This document shows positions 18,401 through 30,696 of a DNA stretch of 64,000 nt, piece after piece. Source of the DNA: Zygnema circumcarinatum SAG 698-1b (taxonomy: Eukaryota; Plantae; Zygnematophyceae); assembly GCA_037447605.1 (NCBI GenBank), contig CM074804.1, positions 8,597,356 through 8,661,355 of the forward strand, read 5' to 3'. The stretch's first letter is position 1. Each line of letters starts with the position of its first letter. A program made the position numbers and the translations under genes. Under the pieces are notes generated by a model. That model did no database searches and was not told the origin of the DNA. It saw only the letters and a program-made list of their open reading frames with translations.

Positions 18401-21400
18401 GCGGCGGGCAGCTTCACGGGGAGGAGGCCGTCTTCTTTCGCTGCAGCCGAGGGCCCCCTCGCGAGAGGCCGCCCTCCGCGGAAGTTTGCCGCGCTGTGGT
18501 GGACGCCACGGTACAAGATTACGCAGCGTTCTTCCCCTCCGCGGCGGTCGAGGATGCGCTGGCAAGCCAGTGCCTCATACACCTCCTGCGATTTTGTGGA
18601 AGGTGCTGGCGGGAAGTCCCCCTTCTTGTGCAGGCTGTCACTCGCTTATCTCAGAGGTGGAGGGATCTGTGTGAGAAAGATGAAAACGGAATACTGATAA
18701 CGCCTGTGGGGAACGACGACTTTTTCCCCGTGGAACAGCTGTTATGTAGCGAAGTGTATTCGTCGTCGGATTGGTGGAAACATGCGCACAACTGGAAAGG
18801 GGAAGCGCAAGTGTTAGTAGAAGTTTTGGACATGTTGGTGAGGTCCGACCTCGCTCCAAAGTACTTTTTGATGTGGTGGCGGCTGCACCTTCTCCAGGCG
18901 GGCCCCTCCGCCATGGCCAAGCGGCAAGCGCGCTTGACCTGCGCCCGGCGGGCCCTCGCAGTGAGCCCCTCCCTCGCCCTCTTCCGGTGCGTGTGGAGGA
19001 CGCTCGCGGCCTACGACCAGCCCTGCCTCTCGCCCTGCTTGGGGGGGCCGCCCCCTGCCGCCGCCGCGCACCGCAAGGCCTTCCTGCCCGCCTCAGACTT
19101 GGCGGCGGGGTGGGGGGTTCAGCCACAGCTCAAGCGGCGGAGCCACAGCCGCAGAAAGCGACGGCCGGAGCAGGTGTTCGTGTACAGAGAGAGCGACGCT
19201 GCTGTTGACGCGTATCCTCTTCCCGCCACGTGGCATTTGCATCGCCTGACAGCTGCCCAAAGCAGGGCGTTAGAGGCGCAGTTGGTGGCGCAGATGAGCA
19301 CCGACGGGCTTGCTTTGGAGAGGAGGGCCCTCTCCGCGAAGCGGCTCTGCCGCCTCCCCACCTTCGACCCGCACACGGTCGTGGCTGCCCTTGTGAAGGC
19401 CGGCGGCGCGCTCTCGGCCACTGCTGGAGAAGGTGAGGGGGGGTCCGCGGCCGGAACTGGCTGGACCGAAGGGCAATCCGCAAGCTGTCTTACAGACGAG
19501 AGCGACTTTGAAATGGTGGATGTGGCAGCAGCCACTGGAGAGGAAAGAGGTGAGGGGAAGGGGGAGGGGGAGGGGGAGGGGGAGGAGGAGGAGGAGGGAC
19601 ACACGGATCTGCGGGTTGACGGGGCGGGACAGATTGAAGAGATGCTAGAGCCGCTGGAAATTTCTACGCCTGAGGAAGGCCGAGATCCCCCTGTACATGG
19701 GACGAAGGGGAAGACCCGTCTCCCGTCTTCAGTGCCTCCCTTGGTGGGCATGGAGCAGCTGGCCCCTAAGATGCCGCCCCTTGTCCTCACCACGTTGCTG
19801 CGGGGTCTCACTCGACTAGATGAACCCCTCTCTGCCGTCAGCTTCGTCACTGCTCCAGCATTTTTGCGATCTCATGGCACAATCGCCATGGCATTTCTGC
19901 GCCACATTCGAAAGTTCCTTTCACGAGACGATGACTTCTACGACATACTGCACAGTCTGCTCGCAGGGAGACGACGCGAGGCTGTGACAGTGAGTTCGGC
20001 TTCTTCTCCCAAGTAGCAGTAGTGAGCTGCGAGTGCAAGAGTTGCGGCCTCACTGCCCTATCCTGCTTGCTTGCTGCAGCTAAGTGTGCTGAAGGAGGTC
20101 GTTCGCTTACTGGCAATGGCCGGTTCGCAGCGCTGCCTCGACCTTATCTTGCGTGAGCGCAGCCGCCCCGGGGCGCATCGGGATGTCCTGCTCGCGGTAT
20201 CCATCCATCCCTCCCTTTCTCCCTCCCTCCCNNNNNNNNNNCCCCTTCCCCTCCCCCTCCCTCCCTCCCTGAAGGGAGGCATGCAGGCGAGGCTCAAGAT
20301 GTGGAAGTTCCAGAAGGTACATGCGATGTAAAAGCCTTCACAACCTTGGCTCACCTTGACGCCGGTGCCATTCATCCATTGGTTGCAGGTCCTCCAGTCG
20401 TTGGCGCGGGCCCTCGCGAGTCCCGGAGGCGCGCGGGTCCTTCCTGCGCTGGCCCTGGCCGGCCTCCCCGCGCGGGCCAGAACGCCGGAGAATCTCATCC
20501 CGTACCTCTCCATCGTCCCGAGCTCGTGGGAATCCTCGCAGAAACCGAACTTGCAGCCCTTCCTCCGGCACGGCCCGCCCTGTCTGCGGGCCTTCGCTGC
20601 GCAGCTGGAGGAGCTGCCTCGCATCGTCCTCCCCTCGGACGTCTCCGCAGTCTTCTTTCGCGACGCGCTGCTGCCTCTCTGCGCCGACTCTTTCTGGCCG
20701 CAGTCCGCCGCCTCGGGGGGTGTGCAGAAAGACGCGGAGGAGCGGTGGGCACTGCAGGCGTTGGCCAAGGCATCGCTCAAGCCCTGGGTGTACCCTGAAT
20801 CCCCCGTTGCCGGGACAGCTCCATTGGTTGCTGTCCTTGTCGCAGAGCTTACAGACCTTTCCCCGTCTAAGCTTGGATTTTCTGACGCTAAAAACGCGCT
20901 GGCCGTTGCAAACGACCACGTTCAGATTCTCTGCCAGGAGTATCTGTTCCTCTGCCCGACATTACCTCTGGTAGCCCTTGGCACACCTTGCCTCGACGAC
21001 TTGTTCTGCTCTCCCGCATGGAAGGGCGTGCAAGAAGTGACAGCCACCCTCTGCAAGGCCCTCGCGTCCCCCGAGGCCATCCTGCCGCCCGGAGGAGGGC
21101 AGGCCGGGCCCCGCGAGGTCCGCGTGGCGGCGTACGGCCGAGCGCAGCGCTTCCTAAGGGCGGTGCGCAGGTCGCCCCCCTCGCCCGCCCGCCGCCCCGC
21201 AAACCTCCTGTCCTCCTCCTCCTCCTCCTCCTCCGCCGATTCCGAGGTGCTGGCGGCGCTCGCCGTCGCAGAGTACAAGGAGGTCTGCTCCGTGCTGGCT
21301 CCCGCGGAGGGTCTCGGCCCCCTCCTGAGCGAGGAGGTGTACTCGGCCAAGCTGTGCTTCTTAGAGCAGCGAGGACACTATTCAGCGTTCTGCCCGGGCT

Positions 21401-23198
21401 TCAACAACTTCTCTGAAACGTGGCCCGCTTTGCTGCCGGTATTCAGACCTCATGCGAGGGCGCTATTCTGCAGCAGGCTTGCGGAAACTTTGCACCTCGC
21501 CCTTCCAGTGCCTTTTGAAAGGAGCGCCACGTGGTGGAAAGAGCAGTACGACGAGGTGAAGAAGTATGAGGAATGGATCACCAAGCAAAGCATGGCAGTG
21601 CAGCACAGTTGGCAATTAATCAAAATGGATCTCTTAGAAGGGGGCAAGTCTGCGGACGTTGATGCAGCAGCTGTGCAGGAAGAGCTTGCATCTTCATCGA
21701 CATTGGCCGTAGCTCATCTGAGGACTGGAAATGTTCCAGCCGCTGCGGACCTTTGCTCGAATGCTGTGAAGCTTCTAAGGCACGCGCTGAAGGACGGTGG
21801 CGGGGAGGGCATCCGGCCGCTGCAGCGGCTGCCTGACGCGTGGCTTCGCAGGCACGCGGAGGGCCCTCTGCAGGAGGGGCGGGTCGCAGGGCTGCTATGC
21901 CGGGCTCTGCTTCAAACCGAATTGCTTCCTGTTCGCCCTCCGCCAAGGCCCCTGCGAGGGCTCGAGGACTGGGTCATGGAGCACTGCTCGGGGGATGCGC
22001 TCTTCACCTACGTCAAGGTGATGGTCGAGGAAGCTGCGGGTCATCTCTGCGACTGGGGGGAAATGGCAATCCCGGGTTTGGCGAGGCACGTGTTGGATCT
22101 TCTGCAGCAGATACGAGGAATTACAGGAAGTGACCTGCTCACGAGTGACAGCAGGAAGAGGAAATGCGAGTCAGAGCTCACTGGCGAAAGGCCCTTTGGA
22201 ATTTTGTTGGAGAGGATTCTTAGTTATTCGGCGGCACAGTGCGTCGCGGGGGGGGGTCCTGGTGGCTTTCAGGAAAGCTCTGATCTTCCAAAACGCGAGA
22301 TTTCGTTTCCCTTCTATTTGTTCTTCCAAGAGGTCACTCTCGGTGCTCTCGGCGCGTTCCCTCACGTCCTTGCAGATGGGTACACTCCCAGAGTTCGCGC
22401 CATTGCCATGGAGGCGCTGGTTCAAGTGCTTGACGAGCACTGCACTGGTTCAGAGCCCGAAGCGGCGCTGCACGCGAAAGCAGGTGACATTCTGAAGAGG
22501 GCCTTCACTCTGGAGGGGGAGCGGGGGGGACCCTCCGCCTGCCTGCTCTCTGCGCAGTGGGCCGTGGCGGCGCTGCTCGCGGGGGAGGGCGCGGCCTCAC
22601 GGGCGGAGGGCTTCGCCGAGAACGTGCTGGGCACTGCGTGGAGGGAGAGGGAGAGGGAGAGGGAGGGGAAGAGGGAGAGGGAAAGGGAGTGGGAGAGGGA
22701 AAGGGAGTGGGAGAGGGAGAGGGAGGGAGAGGGAGAGGGAGAGGGAGAGGGAGAGGGAGAGGGAGAGGGAGAGGGAGAGGAGAGGGAGAGGGAGAGGGAG
22801 AGGAGAGGGAGAGGAGAGGGAGAGGGAGAGGAGAGGGAGAGGGAGAGGGAGAGGGAGAGGAGAGGGAGAGGGAGAGGGAGAGGAGGGAGAGAGGGAGAGG
22901 GAGGAGGGAGAGGGAGAGGGAGAGGGAGAGGGAGGAGGGAGAGGGAGAGGGAGAGGGAGAGGGAGAGAGGGAGAGGGAGAGGACGAGGGAGGAGGCCCCG
23001 TCCAAGTCCAAGGGGAGGCGGCGGCTCGCGCTCGTTGTGCTGCAGGAGGCGGCGGAAGTGTGCGCGCGGAGGGAGGCGGCCGCCGGCGGGCGCCTCGCGT
23101 GGCCGGAGGAGCTCCTCGCGCTGCTGGCGGCCATGGAGGCGGCCGAGGACCCCTGCCTCGCCTGGGCGGCCAAGGTGACCGCTGTCTGTCTCCGCTAG
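15416..23198 (+). CDS. Giant (~2,460 aa) uncharacterised predicted alpha-helical/solenoid protein, four exons
   Basis: Exons 15416-18268, 18385-19989, 20080-20196 and 20389-23198 join in phase 0 through GT-AG introns. The last exon needs one frame change inside the purine hexamer repeat at 22641-22992 to reach the non-repetitive C-terminus ending TAG 23198. Confidence 0.8.
20232..20241. other. Assembly gap (10 N) in a pyrimidine-rich intron
   Basis: Ns are present in the sequence. Confidence 0.99.
22641..22992. repeat. Purine hexamer (GGAGAG/GAGAGG-type) array, apparently within the last exon of the giant gene
   Basis: Read directly. No convincing splice donor or acceptor flanks it. Confidence 0.85.
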
Positions 23199-23852
23199 CT
23201 AGAGGGCGCGCCGACACTGTGAGGAGGACGCTTTTAACGTTTGGGGGCATACTCGATAGAGCCGAACTTCAACTTCCACCTGCAGAAGCACTGCATTGAT
23301 GATCTTTTTGTAAATAGCATTATAATCCGTTTCTTTAATTAATAAAATGCTGCCGCTGCTGGAAGTTGAAATTTTAGCTCTTTTATAGGCGCAGTCTGCG
23401 CTTTCCTTCATACTGCACACTCGTCGCACTTTAGTCGGAATGGCACAGCCATTAGAGACAAATGCGGGTCACACCCTCAGCATGCGCACACCAATCTCAT
23501 TTAGAGCACTTGTTGCGACAGGAACCTCGATGCTCGTCAACTTGGACCCAATTGTTTAAATTGTTTTGTACATTCTCATCCATTTCAACGCGGTGCAAAC
23601 TAGAATTTTGTTTGCTTATGCTTATGCTTTTGTTTTTAGTCCCTACAACTGCTTTGTGAGGTACACGGCATGTGATTGGCCTGTTTGGCAGTGAGGTGAG
23701 AGTTTCGCTTCTTGTTCACAGCCTCCTCCTCCCCAGCACGCGCACCTCCACATTTTCGCAAATCCAGAGCCGAGCAGCAGGGGCTTGCTCGGTGCCAGCA
23801 GCGGCCTGCCTGCCTGTCATGTTTCGCCACGTGTACCAGTTTTAGCGCTTTC

Positions 23853-26401
23853 TCAGTTGGTGCCAACCTGACGGCGCCACGAGTCTTCGATGATGAGCTC
23901 TTCCAGCGACCAGTCTTCATAACTGGACAAACGAGAAGTGCGCAGCTGATTCAGGCCCTAAAGCATACGCAATGGTTGCAGAAAACAAGTCAAATGCACT
24001 CTCGTGTTTTACGCAGTTTTAAGTTTCTTCTGTTAAAAAAAACACAACACGAAAACATTGTACGACTGTCCCTGGCAGTGCAATGAAACGCTTAGAAGTC
24101 GACTGCTGTCCAAGACGGGATGATGCTGCAATTAGCTTTGTGGATCAATGGTGAAAAAATGACCTGTACTCAAAACATCAAATTCTCAAGCAACAAAAGA
24201 TGCTGGATCCATACAACATACATCCGCGGAAAGCTGCTTACTGCAGTCTCTCCGCAAGCCTCACCTGCCATCTGGAAGATATCTCCTGATCGTAAACGGA
24301 ATCTTCTTCTCCCGCAGTTCTTTCATTGCAATCTGCAAAGTAGAAACTCATTGCAAACATCCGTCCGCATTACCAAAAGAATGCCGCGAAACAAGCACGC
24401 GCGCGATACCTATTTAAGGCGATCAACTGGGAGGACTATCCAAATCAACAAACCGAGCGACCAAAGTACCGACATGCATATACACCAGTTAATGCTCCAC
24501 CAACTAATAGAACCTTGTCAATTTAGCATATGAAATAGGAGCATGCTCTACAGTAATATGCATTGGCACCGTCAACACAACCTTGTATCTCCGTAGTGAA
24601 CGCTAGGGAAGAGAGAGTGAAAATGAACATGGTATGTAGCTGTGTCTCTAGGTCTCTAAAACAAAAACAGTAGAAGCAAATCAAAGAGGTTTAAGTCCAG
24701 TCTTGCGAATTTCAAAGTGCGTATCATGCAACACTAAAGTTAATCTACCATCTGCTCCAACATGACTTCTGAAGCAGACAACTTCAAAGACTGTTCACCA
24801 ACAAGGCTACAGGCCGTTCACTATTACAACAGTCCATTCCAACACAAAAAAATTCAACATCTTTCAACATATTCATGAAAGGAAGACCTTTCTGCATGCG
24901 CACATGACAAGAAAAGACTTCCTTCGGTTGCCTTAAAAAACTGACCTCCAAAGGATCCGTCTCTCCTGCAAGCTCCACCATGACTGGCGCGTTCATGCTG
25001 GCAATCCGCCGACAAAGAACGACTTATGAGAGCCTCCAGTTGTTTCTTATACGCAAAGCAAGCAAGCTATGGGGCGGTTCAACGACCCAAAGAAAGGCTA
25101 TTCACTGCTTCCAAGAGAGCTTCCCTTCGTAGGAGAGGCAGACACAATGAAGTGCCTGGAAACAGGCTCCAATACCTCTTCTACTTAGAAAGAGTCGCTC
25201 AATTGTACATAAACATACGTAATCTGACAGCCTATTATCAACATCATGCTTCGGTTAGATAAAGCCAACATGTGCCACTAAAATCATCTAGAAACCCATC
25301 GTCTGGCAAATGACATTCTGTGACAAACAAGAACTCGAGTGCATCCCATCCTCGACAAAACCTGATCAACTTTGATCAACAAGTTTTCAAGTCTTCTGAA
25401 GTTAATTTAAGAAGATATGATCCTCGCTGCCTTCCTTATTCCTCACAAAAATAGAAATGCCAGCATTTGTAAGCCGACCTTATTTGAAGAGCTCTTGTGC
25501 CCAGCACCCGCGCTCTTTCGTACTTAGTCATGAACTTGGTTGTTTTTCGCGGTCTATTCGTCAGTTGTTCGGGCTCACTGTCCCTTATCTCGAGACCATC
25601 CGCGGGCACCCCGCCTGCATCTTCTTCCTTCTCTTCCTCTGCCTCCTCTTCCTAGTGAGACCGAAACCAGCCGACAACCCACAAGAATTTAATCACTTGT
25701 TTCCATGAGACAGGCCTTCGCGAAGGGCGGCTTGCCATGTTAATTGGCAATAAACCAAAAGCCTCGGGGCCTTTCAGCATTCATCACACGTTCTCACGGA
25801 CTGTTATATCTTTCTGATAATTACTTTTTCCCATCATCAATGTAACTTCCTATCCCACTTGCGCTATCGTAATGAGCAGACACCTTCCCTGTGTCTGTCT
25901 TACAACTTAAGCATCTACCTTTAGCTCCGAATATAGAAACAAGAGTGTGAAACTTTGCAATCCTGCATAATTGGAGAGTTTGCCAATCGCCTTTACATGG
26001 TGTAAGAATGATATGCATGATCCAAAGAAGTAAAGAAGCAGCATGTAAAAAAAAGGGGACGGGAGAAGGGGAACAACTAAGTATGAAAGCATCGCTACAA
26101 AAAAAGAAATTCCAAATTATAAGTTAGCTTCAACTTATTCCTCCAGAGATTCGACCCTCATTCAGGTAATCCTGCAACGGCCTTGAGAGTCTGCGCAAGA
26201 GAGCGAGGAGAGAAGCGCGGAGCCAGACCTCCAATTCCGGAGCTTCGGGCTCGTCTTCGTACCTGCGCGGAGCCACGCGGGGGGGGGTGGCAGGGAGTCA
26301 GCAGACAGCGCGCCGCACGGGCAGGAGGGCAACAGGGCAGCAGGGCCGGCGCGCTCTCACCCGCCGTCCCCGCCGTAGTCGTCACCCTCCTCGTCCGCCA
26401 T
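23853..26401 (-). CDS. RPB6: Shared RNA polymerase subunit RPB6 (RPABC2/NRPB6); multi-exon
   Basis: Spliced exons give MADEEGDDYGGDGGYEDEPEAPELE...[88 protein letters not shown]. Confidence 0.95.
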
Positions 26402-26684
26402 GGCCGCCCGCCCGCTCGCCGCTGCCGCCGCTGCCGCCGCTTCCCTCGCTCCCTCTCCCTCTCTCTCCCTCCCTCCCTCCCTCCCTCCCTCTCCCAGCGA
26501 CGCGCTCGCGCTCGCGCTCGCGCTTCTCGACGAGAGGCGAAACGGGTGACGGGTCACTTCAGCCCGCGCGTCGCTGCGCGTTCAAAAAGGTCCCCCCGGC
26601 GGGCGGGCGGGCGGCCGGCGGGCAGAGGCAGGCAGGCCGCAGGCAGCGGAGGGAGGCAGGGAGGGAGAGAGGGGTCGAGGGAGG

Positions 26685-29600
26685 ATGGCGGGTTCCGCAG
26701 TGCCCCTCTCTGCGCCTCCGCCGGGGCGCTCCTGCGACAAAGGCTCGCAGACTGAGCTCGGTGCGCAGGGACTGGAGTATTTCTCTGGCGGTGCTGGAGG
26801 CTGGCAGGCTCACAGAGGCGTGCGGCACTTTGCAGATCATGACGAGAGCTGCGAGGCGAGCCCGCTGCACGGTCAGCAGAGCACTCTTGAAAAAGGCAGC
26901 GACCTCGACTTACTCTGACACCGAATCCGTTAAATTGTGGTATTGGAATGTGGACGATGTAGCGTGTACTTTCGAAATTCGGATTATCTGCTAGTGACTG
27001 CCGCTTAACCAAAGCTTCTTTTGTGGAGTGAATTTCAAGAATCACATCAAATAAACCAGATAATAATTGTTGTAAACCATGCTCTGTCCGCGCGACCATG
27101 TGCGAGCTCTATTCGTAAATTGCTCCGTATTCTGCATGCTTCATGCAGGATGGAATGCAGATAACGGAGCAGAATTGCAGCAAGAGCGAATAAGGTGCTG
27201 TACATCATCCGCGGGTCAAAAGATGAGATAGAGTCACCTTGTCTTCCAGTAAATAACTTCTATGGCATGCGAGGCTGCTCCACTTGTGCACTCAGAATAT
27301 CATGCCAGTGCACTTTTGACTGCCACATATCAGACCCTCGGTCATTGTGCGACTTGGTTAGCATGATGAAAGTATCAGAGGACATTTCTAAGGCGCCTGC
27401 TTCTGCTTACTCCGAGTTATTACGCACAAGAGCATCCACTACATGTGGCGCTGCGGCCAATCTTGTTAGAGAAAGTGACTGCAAAAATCTACGCTGAAAC
27501 CACTGTCTTCATTGTTAGAGTGGCTTGCTTTGTACTGAAAGCCGACTCTATGAACAGTTACTTTGAATATCAATAGGACACTCCCAGTAGTTTTTTGATA
27601 AGGGCAAGTAATGATGAAGCACAGTTCTTGTTCATTTTTCAGGAGTGGAAGCAAAGCTGAGGTGCTGACACCTGTTGTCACTCTTTTCAACAACAAATGG
27701 AAGTCTACCAACCTATCGATCATGGACCTTCAATGCCACCCCTTACAAGCCGACTTGATAGTGGCCTGTTACTGGAATCCAGCTGTGGCTTCCCTAGACT
27801 GTGGCTCGTTTTCTTACTCAAACTCCAAAGGCTGGGTCACCTCCTCTGGCAAATCTCCAGGAAGCAGCCTTTTTAATCAGACGCATAGTTCCCTCTCCCC
27901 CGACACTATTGATTCTTCCCAGTCGCAGACGTCACGTACAGAAGAAAACACTGATCCTGCAGTCGTCGTGTGGTCTACGCAAGGTCAACAGGTTTCAATC
28001 TTGCAGAGCGAACATCGAGTAACGTCGCTGGCCTGGGACCCTGCAAACATTCACGTTCTTTCTGGAGGCACACAACTGGGACAAATCCTCATTTGGGACA
28101 CACGGGCAGGAAGGTGTGCGATTCAAAAAAGTAAACTGATATCAGCTAGGTGGCAGGGACACCTGGACATGGTCAACAACCTCACTATGGTTGACGAAGG
28201 AGAGTCAGGAAAGCTAGTGAGTACATGTAAAGCTGGTCGATTATGCACCTGGACCCGACGCATGCTTGATAAGGTGTTTGTCCTCTCCCTGCCTTCCACA
28301 CTGCCCAGCGGTGAACGTCAAAAACAAAAGATAGAAGCCTCTGTCGATAACATTTTCGGATTTATGAATGTCATTGAAAGTGGTAACCGACTGCTTAGTA
28401 GTTCTTTGCGGCTCGCAAGTTAAGGGCTTAAAGCAATACATATGCCGGTGCAACTTGATAGGGAAAGTACCGTTTTGCCGTTCGTGGTTTCATTAGTAGT
28501 GTCTCCTTAGCGCTGGCCAACAGGTCTGTTTAGTTGCCACGTTACCGCCAGAGCAACAAAAAGCTTTTGAAATAGGATGTGGCCCATTTTCCAGACTTAT
28601 CCTACGCTGGACATTAGAATTGCAATACTGACGGGGAGAACAAGACTGATTTTTTATCCTGACCGCGAATGCAGCCTCTGACCAAATTGGAATTGCGACA
28701 GCCCGGGAGTTCAGAGGATTCGATAAACCTGGTCACTCAGTGGAATGTCGTCCCGACATGCTTATCCTTTGCGCATGGGGACAGGAACACGTTCTTTTTG
28801 GGAACTGAATCTGGCCAGCTGTACCAGGTATACTGTAGTTTTACTTATCATTGTTGTGGCATAAGGCTACAAGTAGACGTGATGGAATAGTTGAACAAAG
28901 CTCCTTGCGTTTGTTTGTCAATTGACGTGACTTTACTTTTCTTGAGAGTTTGGGTTGATACATAGAAAGCGGGTGAACATGATAACTAAGTGAACCGCCG
29001 ATTGCTATGTGGATAACAGTCAGTCTCCATTCCTTTCAGATTTCTCAGGAGAAGGGGCAATGTGTGAGGATGGCAACGCACAGGAATATGTTGGTGTGGA
29101 GGAAATGGAGATTATCACGATTTAAAATGATTCTCAGTGCTTCTTGATTTGACAGGGTACCCTGAATGGTAGTCCGGAAGCAGACCTTCCTGGTCTCTTC
29201 CGTCAGATTGGCCCACAATCGGACCAGCGACGGGTGCGCCGGTGGAGCGGTGAGGGGTTCATGAGGAGCTCACGGCACTTGGCGAACAGGCGACCTTCTG
29301 GTAGCTCCTCACCAATCGCACAGAGGGACTCCCACTTAAGTTCCTCGTGTACTTGTCCTCATCCTTCCTTTTGTTGGATGTATCAGCCACTCCGTACTGC
29401 TTTTCCTTTGCACACTCGTCAAAGTTATTGTACCTTCTCCCAATGAGTTTTTAAGCACTTGACAGCTTTTTTTTTTCTTCCTTTACTTTCATTTCCCTGT
29501 CATCAGTTATTGCACGTCTCTCTGCTGTCCATCTTCAGCAATAGCCAGAATGCATTGCCTTCACCTCGCCAAGCTGTCAACTTCCTATCTATGCCTCCTC

Positions 29601-30696
29601 CTCGTCTCTTCTTTCAATAAGCGCTTCGCACTAGGATTGGTGGTCTCTGGCTGTTAAGCCTCATCCATGGCTACTGCGCACATTTTTATGGTACAATATG
29701 GGGGGGAAGTTGATGGTTACGTACCTTTTGATAAATTATCAACTGTCCTTTTCTGTTTCGTGCGCATCTTTAGTTTGCTTATTCCTTTTGCTGCATCGCA
29801 CCCTTTCGAGCAGGTGCCGAAGCCCACCGGGGCCTCATCAGCGGCCTCCACTGCCACCCGGGCACACAGCAAGTGGAGGGCTTGCCTGACGTTGCTGACC
29901 TTATGCTGACGTCATCATGGGACTGGACTTTCAAGTTGTGGAGTGCGCATAACCCGTCCAGGTGAGATGCATCTATGGATTTTGTCCAAGTATTTTGAAC
30001 TTTCTGTCCATTCTTGTTTCTCGTTTGTCCTTGTTTGCTGTTCATTTGTTCTTCCAGTCTCATTTTTTTTTTCTTTTTAGCTTTGCATAGTTGCAGCCCC
30101 AGGCTGCTTCATAACCAGTGACTTCGTTCCTTTCCCTGAAAGCCGGTAAAGATGAAAGGAAGATATGAAGCATTTAGAAGTCGGGTGAACTCCAACCACT
30201 GTTCTGTCGACACGCGAGGCAATGCCCGCCTAAAATCTTTTGAAGCAGCTGCGCTTTTGTGTTTGTAATGTTGTTTGTGGCGGGGTATTGATTTCTCTTT
30301 TTTGCCATTCACAGGCCATTGTGGAGCGTGGAGTATTTGAATGCATGTCATGACGTGCAGTGGTCGCCGAGAGATCCCTTTGCGTTTGCGGTGCTTTCGG
30401 CGGATGACAACCGAGTGCAACTGTGGCACCTCGGGGCGAGTCTGAACGGACCGGTCGGGGCGCTGCCGCTGCGGCCCACCACCACTACTACTCACCGCGG
30501 CGCTGACGCCTCCTCTGCGGGCGGCGGCCGGCTGCGGTGGACCTCGGACGGCCGCCAGATCGTCTGCGCCGACCTGCGAGGGCGCATCCACGTGGTGGGG
30601 GCGGAGGCGGCGCAGGAGGCCTTCGGCGAGCTGCCGTCCGATGCGCTCGAGGCGGTCTGGGAGAAGGTGGAGGAGCTGAGGACGCGCAGCCGCTGA
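26685..30696 (+). CDS. Dynein intermediate chain (WD40), most similar to the cytoplasmic dynein-1 IC type; 5' exon structure partly uncertain
   Basis: Exons 27643-28273, 28675-28827, ~29157-29233, 29814-29961 and 30315-30696 encode KWKSTNLSIMDLQCHPLQADLIVACY, LSGGTQLGQILIWDTR, TCLSFAHGDRNTFFLGTESGQLY, EAHRGLISGLHCHPG...DLMLTSSWDWTFKLWS and DVQWSPRDPFAFA...RLRWTSDGRQIVCADLRGRIHV. The first exon has a KGSQT LC8-type motif. Confidence 0.8.

Noticed and set aside
26554-27099. 181-aa minus-strand ORF and other long GC-rich antisense ORFs across the window
   Set aside because: They overlap real genes or promoters, have no motifs, and are expected from stop-codon scarcity in GC-rich DNA.
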